DNA of 64,000 nt from an uncultured Verrucomicrobiae bacterium (GCA_963806855.1 CAWDYW010000003.1:640001-704000), one strand, 5' to 3'. Shown: positions 41,476 to 51,296, numbered from the stretch's first letter. The notes: a model not told the origin generated them from the letters alone. Numbers and translations are program-made.

Positions 41476-41637
41476 ATACCCAAACAACGTGAAAAGTTGA
41501 TTTTTGGCTTTGTTGGCTTGGCAACAAATTTTGAGTCTTCACTCGAGCCTTGTTCTAGAACAATGTCGCTCGTTCCAGACTCTAAAATTTGTGCCGCCTC
41601 CTTGCCAAATTCCCAACTTTTCAAGTTGTTTGGATAT
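41476..41637 (+). mobile_element. Palindromic element family A, 162 bp, more diverged
   Basis: atacccaaacaacgtgaaaagttg ... caacttttcaagttgtttggatat with the conserved core. Confidence 0.88.
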
Positions 41638-41658
41638 GTGGCCAAACTTGGGGGAGAT

Positions 41659-42171
41659 ATGCAAGGAATCATAATAGAGTCTAAATTGCCTTATTTCAAT
41701 GAGGAATTGGGTAAATCTGTTTTTTTATATTTAGGTAATGAAAAAAATGTGGAATATTCACCCTATTCTTTTGCTAAATATGGAGTTGAGATAGGTTTCA
41801 ATTTAAAAAATGAGATGAGGAGTTTCTTAGAAGGGCCTATAAAAGAACAACTTCAGGTAAAAGATCTTCTAAGACGGTTTGAGTCCTTTTGCAATTTAGT
41901 AAGAAAAGTTAATGCCATTGCCAAGGACTTTAGACAAAAGCTGGCAACTTTTGCTCAAGATGATAAGACAACGGTCGGATGCGCTAGAGTCATGAATAGA
42001 CAAGATGCTGAAGACGTGACGAAATTCTTAGAGGATTTTGTATCTAAAGTCGTTTATGATTACTTGACTTGTGGAACCCAGATCGGCGTTAAACTGAGCA
42101 CATCGATGATGGATCGGGCTATTCTGCTCGGACCCTATGCCAATGAAACGATAACTCCCTTCGTATTATAG
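41659..42171 (+). CDS. Hypothetical protein
   Basis: GGGAG RBS before MQGIII; the upstream in-frame extension is the palindromic element. Confidence 0.6.
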   Translation: MQGIIIESKLPYFNEELGKSVFLYLGNEKNVEYSPYSFAKYGVEIGFNLKNEMRSFLEGPIKEQLQVKDLLRRFESFCNLVRKVNAIAKDFRQKLATFAQDDKTTVGCARVMNRQDAEDVTKFLEDFVSKVVYDYLTCGTQIGVKLSTSMMDRAILLGPYANETITPFVL

Positions 42172-42391
42172 ATTGTGGGAAACTTGTTCATAACTGATGG
42201 AAAAAGCTGAGTAAAAGCGAGATCAGTGGTGGAGAAGATTGGTCGAATCCTGATTATAAAAAAACGGTAAAGACTCAACGCAATAACTTGGTTATAAATG
42301 GCTTAAGGCAGCTTCCCCTCGGGCGCTCTATGGGCTTCATAGAGGAAAAAGAGGGTGGGTTTAGAGATTGTGGAAGATTTGTTCATAACTA

Positions 42392-42474
42392 AACGCAAAG
42401 ACGCAAAGGCGCCAAGGCGCAAAGAAAAAAATTATCTTTTTTCCTGCGTCTTTGCGCCTTTGCGTCTTTGCGTT
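42392..42474. repeat. Hairpin built from tandem 8-mer (A/G)CGCAAAG repeats
   Basis: Four octamer units mirrored by their complements; lies between convergent genes. Confidence 0.8.
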
Positions 42475-42488
42475 GAAAATGACTCCCA

Positions 42489-43196
42489 CTACTTCAACAT
42501 GGGCATAGGGGAGTTGATCCCGGTGCCGGAATCAATGGTGCTGACTTTGAAGGTGAAGTGGGGGTGTTGCACTTCCATCCAGTAGGGGAAGGGGAAGTTG
42601 GGGCGCTCGGGATCGAGGTAGAGCTCGAGGATGCAGCCGGAGAGGCGGGTCTTGTCACTCGGCCATTTGGCGCGGACCACTTCGAAATCGCCTTTTTTCT
42701 GTTTGGTGCCGTTGAGGATGAATTGGGGGCCCCACATCTTGCGCCGGTCGATTTCTCCTCCCTCGGGCGCTGGGCCAATCCGCTTCCGTTCGTTATCGCG
42801 GGTGGGGCGGAGGGTGAGGGTGAAGAGCTCTTTGACAAAATAATCGGAGTCGTCGATGAAGACCCATTGCTTTTCAAGGAAGGAATAGCATTGGGCTAAA
42901 GAATTTTTTTCTAGGTCGAAGACTAGCGCTGTCCAAGAAACGGCTCGGGGAGCTTTGTTTTCTACCCAGTTCTTCCAAGAAATTTTTTTGAGATCGACGC
43001 TATCCTGTTCGATGGAGATTTCCTCGAGGATGAGCCGGTTTGAGTCGATAGAGCGCAGGAGGAGGAGCGAGTAGTTCTCCCCTTGAGAAGTCACAATATA
43101 ATCGCCGGGAGTTCCTCTAATTAAACGACTTTTTAATGTCGTATTAGAGTAGGCAATCGAAATAGTTAGTAGTACTAAGATTAGTAAACGGACCAT
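42489..43196 (-). CDS. Conserved chlamydial exported protein (CT021-like)
   Basis: Signal peptide; GDYIV, SWK, WGPQ, WPSDKTRLSG, FPYW, IDSG; family recalled from memory, and proximity to ileS fits. Confidence 0.6.
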   Translation of the reverse strand: MVRLLILVLLTISIAYSNTTLKSRLIRGTPGDYIVTSQGENYSLLLLRSIDSNRLILEEISIEQDSVDLKKISWKNWVENKAPRAVSWTALVFDLEKNSLAQCYSFLEKQWVFIDDSDYFVKELFTLTLRPTRDNERKRIGPAPEGGEIDRRKMWGPQFILNGTKQKKGDFEVVRAKWPSDKTRLSGCILELYLDPERPNFPFPYWMEVQHPHFTFKVSTIDSGTGINSPMPMLK

Positions 43197-43262
43197 CAAT
43201 GATTGAGTATAGAGGGTTATTTCTTCCTTTGCAACATAATTTTTTTTAGGTAGAGTCGGGTT

Positions 43263-43565
43263 ATGATGATGAAATTTGGTCTCTTTTTCCTTACTCTTGT
43301 CGCCAATGCAGAGTGGCAAGATGAACTGCAGAAAATTGATCGGCAGATTGGCCAGCTTGAGGAATTGCAGCAAAGATTGCGATCCGATGCGCAAAAGAAT
43401 GCAAACAATGCGATGCGCTGGCAATTCCAAAGTGATCAGCATAGGGAAGCTCGCCGCGCTTGGGATCGGGCTGCACAGGAAAAAGAGAAAATCGAAGAGA
43501 TCCAAGGGCATCTCGATAAGCTCAAGGCCCGCAAGCAGACCATTTTGCAAGAACATGGACAATAA
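43263..43565 (+). CDS. Small exported coiled-coil protein
   Basis: Signal peptide and heptad-rich helix; overlaps the pncB start. Confidence 0.65.
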   Translation: MMMKFGLFFLTLVANAEWQDELQKIDRQIGQLEELQQRLRSDAQKNANNAMRWQFQSDQHREARRAWDRAAQEKEKIEEIQGHLDKLKARKQTILQEHGQ

Positions 43566-44985
43566 TCTTCTCAAAACTCTTTATCGCGATTCCCTCTCGC
43601 TGCTGACCGATTTGTATGAAATCACGATGGCCTATGCCTACTGGAAGCAGGGATTTAAAGACAGGCAAGCCGTCTTTCAGCTTTTCTTCCGTAAGTATCC
43701 TTTCCAAGGGGGATTTGCCATTTGCGCAGGGACCGAAATTGCCCTTGAGTACATTGAGAATTTCAAATATTCAGATGGCGATTTGGCCTACTTGGAGGGT
43801 CTAAAGCTATTTGAGCCCGCCTTTCTCGACTATCTCCGCAATCTCAAGATCACGCTCGATGTCGATGCGATGGAAGAGGGGACGCCGGTGTTTCCCAATG
43901 AGCCGCTGCTGCGGGTCAAGGGGCCCATTATTCAGGCGCAGATGATGGAGTCGGCCCTGCTCAACATTGTCAATTTCCAAACGTTGATTGCGACCAAGAG
44001 CGCGCGGGTCGTGCATGCTGCTGCGGGCGATCATGTGGTCGAATTTGGGCTGCGACGCGCTCAGGGGATCGATGGGGCCATAGCAGCCTCGCGCGCTGCG
44101 TTTGTTGGGGGCTGCCATTCGACCTCCAATGTGCTCGCCGGCAAGTTATTTGGGATTCCGGTGATGGGGACTTTTGCCCACAGTTGGGTGATGGCATTTG
44201 AGGAAGAAAAGGAATCTTTCCGAGCCTTTGCCAAAACGTTTCCCAAATCGTCCGTTTTTTTGATCGACACGTATGACACGATGAAAGGGGTGGAGCGGGC
44301 GATCGAGGTGGCGAAGGAGTTGCAGATCGACATGGTCGGTGTGCGGCTTGATTCTGGAGATCTCAATGTCCTCAGCCATGCTGTGCGCAAAAAATTAGAT
44401 GAAGCTGGATTGACAAAGGCCAAGATCATGGCGACCAATGAGCTCAATGAGGAGCGGATTGCCGATTTGAAGAGCCGCGGGGCGCCGATTGCTGTATGGG
44501 GCGTCGGGACTCATCTGGTCACTGCAAAGGATCAGCCGGCGCTCGATGGGGTCTATAAGCTCTGTGCGGTGCAAGATCGGGAGAAAAAGTGGCAGATTCG
44601 GTTCAAGATCTCCGAAGAGTTGATTAAGACGACCAATCCGGGGATTCCTCAGGTGCGCCGCTATTTTGATGAAGCGGGATATCGAGCCGATATGATCTAC
44701 GATTTGGAGATGGGGCCGGGGCAGGCGATTGTCGGTAGTAGCGAGGCTAGAGAGGTGGAAAAGAGATGGCGCTGGCTCGATCTGCTCGTCCCCATGCTGC
44801 GACAAGGAAAAAAAGTCTACGCCCAGCCGACCCTCACTCAGATGCGGCAGAAGACGGGTGAGGAGCTTGCGAAATTTGCTTCAGGGGTGCGCAAGCTGGT
44901 GAAGCCTGATCACTTTTTCAGCGGGATTGCCGACAATCTCCACCGCTATAAACTCGACGCGATCGAGAGGATCAAAAACGAATGA
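43555..44985 (+). CDS. pncB: Nicotinate phosphoribosyltransferase
   Basis: LLTDLYEITM, EFGLRRAQG, GTFAHSW, LIDTYD, VRLDSGD, WGVGT, GVYKL. Confidence 0.95.
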   Translation: MDNNLLKTLYRDSLSLLTDLYEITMAYAYWKQGFKDRQAVFQLFFRKYPFQGGFAICAGTEIALEYIENFKYSDGDLAYLEGLKLFEPAFLDYLRNLKITLDVDAMEEGTPVFPNEPLLRVKGPIIQAQMMESALLNIVNFQTLIATKSARVVHAAAGDHVVEFGLRRAQGIDGAIAASRAAFVGGCHSTSNVLAGKLFGIPVMGTFAHSWVMAFEEEKESFRAFAKTFPKSSVFLIDTYDTMKGVERAIEVAKELQIDMVGVRLDSGDLNVLSHAVRKKLDEAGLTKAKIMATNELNEERIADLKSRGAPIAVWGVGTHLVTAKDQPALDGVYKLCAVQDREKKWQIRFKISEELIKTTNPGIPQVRRYFDEAGYRADMIYDLEMGPGQAIVGSSEAREVEKRWRWLDLLVPMLRQGKKVYAQPTLTQMRQKTGEELAKFASGVRKLVKPDHFFSGIADNLHRYKLDAIERIKNE

Positions 44986-45593
44986 AAGCGTTGATTGTGG
45001 TCGATATGCAAAACGATTTTATGCCCGGCGGCGCGCTGCCAACCAAGGGGGCCGATGCCTTAGTGCCGGTGATCAATGGGCTGATGGCCAGATTTGATGT
45101 TGTGCTGGCGACAAAAGATTGGCATCCGAAAGATCACTATAGTTTTGCAATCAACCACCCCGAATACAAAGTGGGCGACGTGATCCGCGAGGGGAATATA
45201 GAGCAGATTCTCTGGCCGGTCCATTGCGTGCAACACACCAAAGGGGCTGAATTTGTGAAGGGGCTGCAGGCCGACCGGTTTGATCAGGTGTTCCACAAGG
45301 GGGTCGATCGGATGATCGATAGCTATAGCACCTTTTTCGACAACGCCCATTTAAGGGAAACAGGGCTGGCAGAGTATCTACGCAAGCGGGGAATCAAGGA
45401 AATCGCTTTGGTCGGGGTGGCGACCGACTATTGTGTCCTTTACTCGGTTTTAGATGCCCTGAAGCTCGGATTCCAGGTCACGGTGATCGCCGATGGTTGC
45501 CGCGCTATCAACCTCCGTCCAAACGATGGGGAAGAGGCGTTTGAAAAGATGATCGAGGCCGGGGCGGAGTTGGTTACAGCTGATGAAGTTTGA
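44982..45593 (+). CDS. pncA: Nicotinamidase/pyrazinamidase
   Basis: VDMQNDF, DWHP, WPVHC, KG..DSYS, GVATDYCV. Confidence 0.95.
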   Translation: MKALIVVDMQNDFMPGGALPTKGADALVPVINGLMARFDVVLATKDWHPKDHYSFAINHPEYKVGDVIREGNIEQILWPVHCVQHTKGAEFVKGLQADRFDQVFHKGVDRMIDSYSTFFDNAHLRETGLAEYLRKRGIKEIALVGVATDYCVLYSVLDALKLGFQVTVIADGCRAINLRPNDGEEAFEKMIEAGAELVTADEV

Positions 45594-45597
45594 TCTT

Positions 45598-45688
45598 TTT
45601 TCAACGCAAAGACGCAAAGCCGCAAAGACGCAAAAATAAATTGTTTTTTTCTTTGCGCCTTTGTGTCTTTGCGTCTTTGCGTTGAAAA
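45598..45688. repeat. Second octamer-repeat hairpin, probable bidirectional terminator
   Basis: ttttcaacgcaaagacgcaaag ... ctttgcgtctttgcgttgaaaa between the pncA and cyoD stops. Confidence 0.8.
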
Positions 45689-45982
45689 TTACCCCATCAT
45701 TCTATAATTGAGATCGTTCATGATCCAAATGGAAAAGGCAATGATGATGATCACAACTGTAATCGTCGACAGATAGATCAGCAGGTTCCAGCGGGGCTTT
45801 TTTTCGCTTAAGACGTGAAGAAAGAAAACCGACTGGGCCATCGCCTGGAGAATCGCGAGGCTTAAAATCACAAAAATCGCCTGATCGACACTCAAGTGAA
45901 AAAGCTGCGGATGGAGCACAATCAGAAAGCTTAAGATCGTGAAGATGAGCGATGAGACGTAGCCGATGACGCGCGTTTTCAC
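45689..45982 (-). CDS. cyoD: Cytochrome bo3 ubiquinol oxidase subunit IV
   Basis: GTG start overlapping the cyoC stop; LAILQ..FFLH, SIWIMNDLN. Confidence 0.88.
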   Translation of the reverse strand: MKTRVIGYVSSLIFTILSFLIVLHPQLFHLSVDQAIFVILSLAILQAMAQSVFFLHVLSEKKPRWNLLIYLSTITVVIIIIAFSIWIMNDLNYRMMG

Positions 45983-46542
45983 TGCAGATGCCCCATTCCG
46001 TAGACGATTGTGAAGATGAAGACCCAGACAACGTCGAGGAAATGCCAAAAATAGGCCAGGCGCATCAGTTTGGAGGTGTTGGAGGGGATGAGTCCTCGAT
46101 AAGAGGTGTAGAGGATGGCAAAAAGCATCCAGAGCAGGCCGATCGAGATGTGGAGTCCGTGGGTGCCGACTAGCGCGAAGAAGGAGGAGAGGAAGGCGCT
46201 TGTCTGCCAGCTGGCCCCTTGCTCGATGAAGTGATGAAACTCGGTCAATTCAAAAATGAGGAAGGCTAGCCCGAGCAGGAAGGTGACGGCGAACCAGAAA
46301 ATGGTCCATTTTTTTTGCTGCCGGTGCATCGAGAGGGTAGCTAAGGCGCAGGTGAAGCTGCTGGTGAGCAGGATCAGGGTTTCTGCAAAGGCGGATGGCA
46401 TATTGTAGAGCTGCTGTGCTGTAGGGCCTCCAAAAGTGCTACCCTGCAGGACGATGTAGGCGGCGAAGAGGACTGCGAAGATGACCAGGTCGGTCATCAA
46501 ATAGACCCAAAATCCAAAGACTTTTGTATCTGTTTCGTTCAT
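45979..46542 (-). CDS. cyoC: Cytochrome bo3 subunit III
   Basis: FGFWVYLMTD, ETLILLTSSFT, LVGTHGLH, FWHFLDVVW. Confidence 0.93.
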   Translation of the reverse strand: MNETDTKVFGFWVYLMTDLVIFAVLFAAYIVLQGSTFGGPTAQQLYNMPSAFAETLILLTSSFTCALATLSMHRQQKKWTIFWFAVTFLLGLAFLIFELTEFHHFIEQGASWQTSAFLSSFFALVGTHGLHISIGLLWMLFAILYTSYRGLIPSNTSKLMRLAYFWHFLDVVWVFIFTIVYGMGHLQ

Positions 46543-48497
46543 CGGCTCTTCTCCAATTGCTCGACTTCGGACGCGGTGAGGAGATATTCGGTCTCTTCAT
46601 CCATTGCGCGGAGGATCAGGCAGGTGACGATGCCAATAAAGCCAACGAGGCCGAGAAAGAGGATATGCCAGACGAGGGCAAAGCCGAGGAGGAAGGCAAA
46701 TGCAGAGACGTAGATCGCCATGGCGGTGTTTTTCGGCAGCTCGATGTCTTCATAGGAGGGGGTGGTGATGGTGCCTCTTTGTTTCATCTCCCAAAATTGC
46801 TCTCTGCTGGTGACGGTGGGGATTTTGGCAAAGTTATAGAACGGGGGAGGGGAAGAGGTAGCCCACTCTAAAGTGCGGCCGTTCCATGGATCGCCGGTCG
46901 TGTCGATGTTTTGCTTGCGCTCTTTGTGGCTGACGAAGAGCTGATAGACTTGCACGAGGAGGCCGAAGATGACGATGCAGAATCCGATAAAGGCTGTGAT
47001 GAAAAACGGGTGCCAGCCTGTCGATGCAGCGTAGTGATCCAGGCGCCGTGTCGCCCCCATGAAGCCGAGCAGGTAGAGGGGGCCAAAAGAGACGAAAAAT
47101 CCGACCATCCAGATCCAAAAGGCCAGTTTTCCCAGCCGTTCATTGAGGGTGTAGCCGGTGATTTTGGGGTACCAATAGGTGATGCCGGCAAAGGTTCCAA
47201 AAATCGCGCCGCCAACCACCATGGTGTGGAAATGGGCGACGAGGAAGAGGCTATTGTGCACCTGGAAATCGGCCGGTGGAGAGCCCATGAGGACACCGCC
47301 CATGCCGCCGATCGTGAAGATCGAGACGAAGCCGACAAACCAATATATCGGAGAGGCAAACGTGACTTTCCCTCTCACCATCGTCATGATCCAGTTGAAG
47401 ATTTGGACTGCCATCGGAATCGAGATGACCATCGTCATCACCCCGAAGAAATAGTTGACGTCGGCGCTGGCGCCCATTGTAAAAAAGTGGTGGAGCCAGA
47501 CTAAATAGGAGAGGAGAGTGATCAAAATCGCAGCGCAGACCATCGAACCATAGCCAAAAATCTGTTTCCGGCAAAAAGTGGAGACAATTTCTGAATACAT
47601 TCCGAAAGCGGGCAATACCAAAATATAGACCTCGGGGTGGCCCCACATCCAAATCAGATTGAAATACATCATCTGATTGCCGCCGAAAGTGGTGGTGAAG
47701 AAGTGCATCCCAAAAAATCGGTCGAGCCAGAGCAGAAAAATCGTCGCGGTGATGACCGGGAAGGCCGAAATGATCAGCACCGTGCTGCCCAGAGACGTCC
47801 AGACGAAGAGAGGCATCTTCATCAGCGTCATGCCGGGGGCCCGTTTTTTGATGATCGTGACGAAAAAATTGAGTCCAGACAGGAGGCTGCCAAGACCCGA
47901 GAGCTGCAGGCTCCAGGCCCAATAGTCGATCCCATTGCCCGGATTAAATTCGAGCTCAGAGAGGGGGGCGATCGCCAGCCAACCGGCATTGGCAAAATTC
48001 TCTCCGAACATAAAGAAGAGATTGATCAGCGCAGCCCCTGCGACGTAGAGCCAAAAGCCAAGCGAGTTCAAAAAGGGAAAAGCTAGATCGCGGGTCCCAA
48101 TTTGGAGCGGGATGATCAAATTCATTAGCCCGAAGAAAAATCCCATTACGACGAAAAAGACCATGATATCCCCATGGGCCGTCACGATCTGTTGAAAATG
48201 GTCGGCGCTCAAAAAACCTTGGCCATCAACCGCTATCGACTGCTGCAGCAAGATCATCCCGGCATCGACGAGCCCGCGGAAGAACATCACCGTCGAGGCG
48301 ATCAAGTACATGACCCCGATCTTTTTTGGGTCGGTGGAGGTGAGCCACTCTCCCCATAGCCAGCCCCACCGTTTCGTCTTGGTGAGGAGCACTGCAAGGG
48401 CAATGAACGCGAGCAACATGAAAGTGGTCCCACCGACGGTATACCAAAAGTGGGGGAGCGAACTCCAAGTCAGCTTTCCTAAAAAGAATTCTTTCAT
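46539..48497 (-). CDS. cyoB: Cytochrome bo3 subunit I
   Basis: TDPKKIG, RGLVD, TAHG, WGHPEVY, WLHHFF, AHFH, GRTLEW. Confidence 0.95.
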   Translation of the reverse strand: MKEFFLGKLTWSSLPHFWYTVGGTTFMLLAFIALAVLLTKTKRWGWLWGEWLTSTDPKKIGVMYLIASTVMFFRGLVDAGMILLQQSIAVDGQGFLSADHFQQIVTAHGDIMVFFVVMGFFFGLMNLIIPLQIGTRDLAFPFLNSLGFWLYVAGAALINLFFMFGENFANAGWLAIAPLSELEFNPGNGIDYWAWSLQLSGLGSLLSGLNFFVTIIKKRAPGMTLMKMPLFVWTSLGSTVLIISAFPVITATIFLLWLDRFFGMHFFTTTFGGNQMMYFNLIWMWGHPEVYILVLPAFGMYSEIVSTFCRKQIFGYGSMVCAAILITLLSYLVWLHHFFTMGASADVNYFFGVMTMVISIPMAVQIFNWIMTMVRGKVTFASPIYWFVGFVSIFTIGGMGGVLMGSPPADFQVHNSLFLVAHFHTMVVGGAIFGTFAGITYWYPKITGYTLNERLGKLAFWIWMVGFFVSFGPLYLLGFMGATRRLDHYAASTGWHPFFITAFIGFCIVIFGLLVQVYQLFVSHKERKQNIDTTGDPWNGRTLEWATSSPPPFYNFAKIPTVTSREQFWEMKQRGTITTPSYEDIELPKNTAMAIYVSAFAFLLGFALVWHILFLGLVGFIGIVTCLILRAMDEETEYLLTASEVEQLEKSR

Positions 48498-49354
48498 TTA
48501 GATTCCATATATTTCATCACGATTTTCTGAAATAGATCCTTTTCGACATTCGAATAAAGAGTGACTGGATTCTTCACAGAGGGCTTGAGTAGCTGCTGAT
48601 AGTGTTGATCGTCCAGTTGCAGGGGAGATTGTTTGACACTGGCCACCCAGAGTTCAAAATCGGCTTCAGAAGTAGCCTTGGCGACAAAAGTCATGTCAGC
48701 AAGCCCTTTGCCGTTAATCTCAGCAGCTCGTCCATGATAGATTCCCGGCTCATTTGCCATTAGATGGAGCTGCGTTGTCATGCCGGTCATCGCATAGATC
48801 TGTCCGCTCAGCTGTGGGATCCAAAATGAGTTCATCGGAGAGTCATCCGCAGCGAGCTCAAAGTGGATCGGCGTGCGAGCGGGAAACTCAACAAAATTGA
48901 CCGTAGCGATTCCCTGCTCGGGGTAGATGAATAACCATTTCCAATTGAGGGCCACCACCTGGATGGTCAGCTCTTTGGTCTCAGATTCAAGCGGGCGATA
49001 GGGATCGAGCCTAAAGGTGGCCTTGTAAGTGATCAGCGCCATCGCGGCGATGACAGCAGAGGGGATCAGCCACATCATCACTTCAGCAAATACCCCCGCT
49101 TTTTTTTCTGGGGCATATTTGGCTTTCTTATTGTTTGAGCGGTATCTCCATAGAGAAAAATAAAAGAGGGCGATTGTCGGAATGACGATCAGCAGCATCA
49201 AAAAGATGTTGGAGCGAATCAGATGGAGCTCTTCCTCGGCGATGATCCCTTTAGGATTGGTGACGAGGGCATGTTCACCGCCTAAGACAAAAATGACGAT
49301 GATTCCAACGGTGAGAAGAGCGAGGAAGCCGAGGAGGAATTTCATTATTTTCAT
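48494..49354 (-). CDS. cyoA: Cytochrome bo3 subunit II
   Basis: PKGIIA, LDPYRPL, WKWLFIYPEQGIATVN, MNSFWIPQL; no CuA ligands. Confidence 0.93.
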   Translation of the reverse strand: MKIMKFLLGFLALLTVGIIVIFVLGGEHALVTNPKGIIAEEELHLIRSNIFLMLLIVIPTIALFYFSLWRYRSNNKKAKYAPEKKAGVFAEVMMWLIPSAVIAAMALITYKATFRLDPYRPLESETKELTIQVVALNWKWLFIYPEQGIATVNFVEFPARTPIHFELAADDSPMNSFWIPQLSGQIYAMTGMTTQLHLMANEPGIYHGRAAEINGKGLADMTFVAKATSEADFELWVASVKQSPLQLDDQHYQQLLKPSVKNPVTLYSNVEKDLFQKIVMKYMESK

Positions 49355-49380
49355 GCTATCACACAGATAGCACAATACAT

Positions 49381-49605
49381 TTAATTTTCCAATTGAACTA
49401 GTTTCGTGCGCGATTTATGTCCACGGATAATCGAGATCTGAGATTTGGGTATATCGAAATAATCGGCGAGGACTCGGATCAATTCTTCGTTAGCCTCTCC
49501 CTTTTCAGGGACTGCTTTGATCCGGATTTTCAACTGGTCATTTTCCCACCCCACGACCTCGCTTTTAGAGGCCTTAGGAGTCACCTTCACAGTGAGAATT
49601 CTCAC
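49381..49605 (-). CDS. DUF167/YggU family protein
   Basis: VKVTPKAS, PEKGEANEEL, GHKSRTK. Confidence 0.88.
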   Translation of the reverse strand: MRILTVKVTPKASKSEVVGWENDQLKIRIKAVPEKGEANEELIRVLADYFDIPKSQISIIRGHKSRTKLVQLEN

Positions 49606-49607
49606 TT

Positions 49608-49772
49608 AAACCCCCCTCGATCAAAAACTTTGAATTTGGACCGCGCCAAAGCCTCGGGGTTCAACTGTTTTTCCGAGGGTTGTATATATTCGATACTACC
49701 CTCGGAAAAACAGCTGAACCGCGAGAGCTTTCGCGTGGGTCCAAATTCAAAGTTTTTGACCGAGGGGGGTTT
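49608..49772. mobile_element. Palindromic element family B, about 165 bp
   Basis: aaacccccctcgatcaaaaactttgaatttggacc ... ggtccaaattcaaagtttttgaccgaggggggttt with inner arms ctgtttttccgagggt / accctcggaaaaacag. Confidence 0.85.
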
Positions 49773-51124
49773 TAGCTCCAGGATCGTCGTGCCTGCGGTT
49801 CTTTAGCAGCCAAATAGGCGACAACTTTGCGCCAAGTGGGACGATCTGATAGCACATCGATTCGATGGCCATCACTCTCTCGATCGGCAGGACTGTAGAC
49901 GACCTCGAATGTTTGAGCAGCGACTTTTTCGGCTGCGGCAACCACATGCTTGTGGGCATCCGGCCCTACGAGCCGATCGGTATCGGTGCTGACCACAATG
50001 ACACACCCCTTTTTTTCACATCCTTCGAGGGTTCCGAATTTCCTTAAGTTATCGAACCCATCCTCTTCGACGTGGGCTTCGATCGTCTCATCTCCCGATT
50101 TGATCCCATCGATGCCATATGCAGCGACAGAGGCTTGCTGCTTCAGCACGTTACTCATCGTGTCGAAGGGGTTTTGCATGAAGAGATTGACCCCTAAATG
50201 GTGATATTTCGTATAGAGATAAGTGGAGACAGCGGCCCCTTCGCAGAATCCATCAAGGATGATCTCATTTGGTTGATAGAGTTTTTGGGCTTTTTCAAAG
50301 GCAGCCTCAGCATCTAAATAGTAGCCGCCCTCCGATGGGATCCCCTCGTCGCTTTTCCATGTTCCCCGATAATCGAAACAGAGAACATCTTGGCCAAGGA
50401 AGACCCGGCGCATGATGTCCGCTTTTGACATTGGGAAGCTCTCTGTAGGTGAGTTACAGCGGACAAAGCACTGCCCCTCTTTTGGTCGCTTGGCATTTTT
50501 TTCATCCCAGTGATTGGTGATGAATCCCTGGACTGTTTTGCCATTTTCTAATACGATGCTCGCTTTTTCCAATTTGAAGTGTTGCAGAGTATCGTGGGTG
50601 AAATGATCCCATGCAGGGTTATCACCTTTTGGGATGATCATATCGACATAGTCAGTTGCGCCCGACCTACCGATCTTATAACCGCTTTCGGAAAAATTGA
50701 CAGGGACAGACTTTCGGATGATGCCCCCATTTTTTTCGATGGTCGCTTTGACATCTTGATAGCGGATGAGCATCGAATCGAGTTTCATCCCGTCTTTGGT
50801 CATCAAGGGCTTTCGCTGTCCGCCGATGTTGATTAAGACTTGGAAGCTCCGCTCGAGCCTCTCATCGGACCAGCGGGTATTGCCGAATAGGGCTGAAATT
50901 CCTCCCGAATAGACCTCAATAATTTTATTCCGAAACCAGCTCCGTTGCCATTCTCCAAAGGAAAATACGCCGATGCGGACACATGTCCCTAGGAAAAGTG
51001 AGAAGATATGGCTCACTTTTGAGAGAGTCCATGTAAGGGGAGTTAGGACGATTTTCGCTGGAACAAAGACGGGATGGTCCAAATAACCTTGTGTAGGCTG
51101 GACGACTTCATTTGTTTTGCTCAT
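49772..51124 (-). CDS. Chlamydial alpha/beta-hydrolase-fold protein, effector-like
   Basis: DGMKLDSM, FDYRGTWKS, DAEA, GFCEG elbow, D and H near the C-terminus. Confidence 0.75.
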   Translation of the reverse strand: MSKTNEVVQPTQGYLDHPVFVPAKIVLTPLTWTLSKVSHIFSLFLGTCVRIGVFSFGEWQRSWFRNKIIEVYSGGISALFGNTRWSDERLERSFQVLINIGGQRKPLMTKDGMKLDSMLIRYQDVKATIEKNGGIIRKSVPVNFSESGYKIGRSGATDYVDMIIPKGDNPAWDHFTHDTLQHFKLEKASIVLENGKTVQGFITNHWDEKNAKRPKEGQCFVRCNSPTESFPMSKADIMRRVFLGQDVLCFDYRGTWKSDEGIPSEGGYYLDAEAAFEKAQKLYQPNEIILDGFCEGAAVSTYLYTKYHHLGVNLFMQNPFDTMSNVLKQQASVAAYGIDGIKSGDETIEAHVEEDGFDNLRKFGTLEGCEKKGCVIVVSTDTDRLVGPDAHKHVVAAAEKVAAQTFEVVYSPADRESDGHRIDVLSDRPTWRKVVAYLAAKEPQARRSWS

Positions 51125-51231
51125 GATTCCTCAATGCAGAAATTAAATGAAAATATTTTACACCCCTTTGGGATATCGGTCAATATGCTACGAGGCTCTT
51201 AAAAGAATTGATTTCATGTCTATCGAAAAAG

Positions 51232-51260
51232 ATGGGGGGTGTATTCGATACACCCCCCAT
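51232..51260. terminator. Terminator-like hairpin
   Basis: atggggggtgta-ttcga-tacaccccccat downstream of the Gln-rich gene. Confidence 0.65.
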
Positions 51261-51296
51261 TTGGTTTATAGGGATTTGTGGGTAAAGGGATTATGA

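Noticed and set aside
43197..43574. Long N-terminal extensions of ORFs 42489..43574 and 43276..44985
   Set aside because: ORF-caller over-extension across the real small gene 43263..43565; better starts are at 43196 and 43555.
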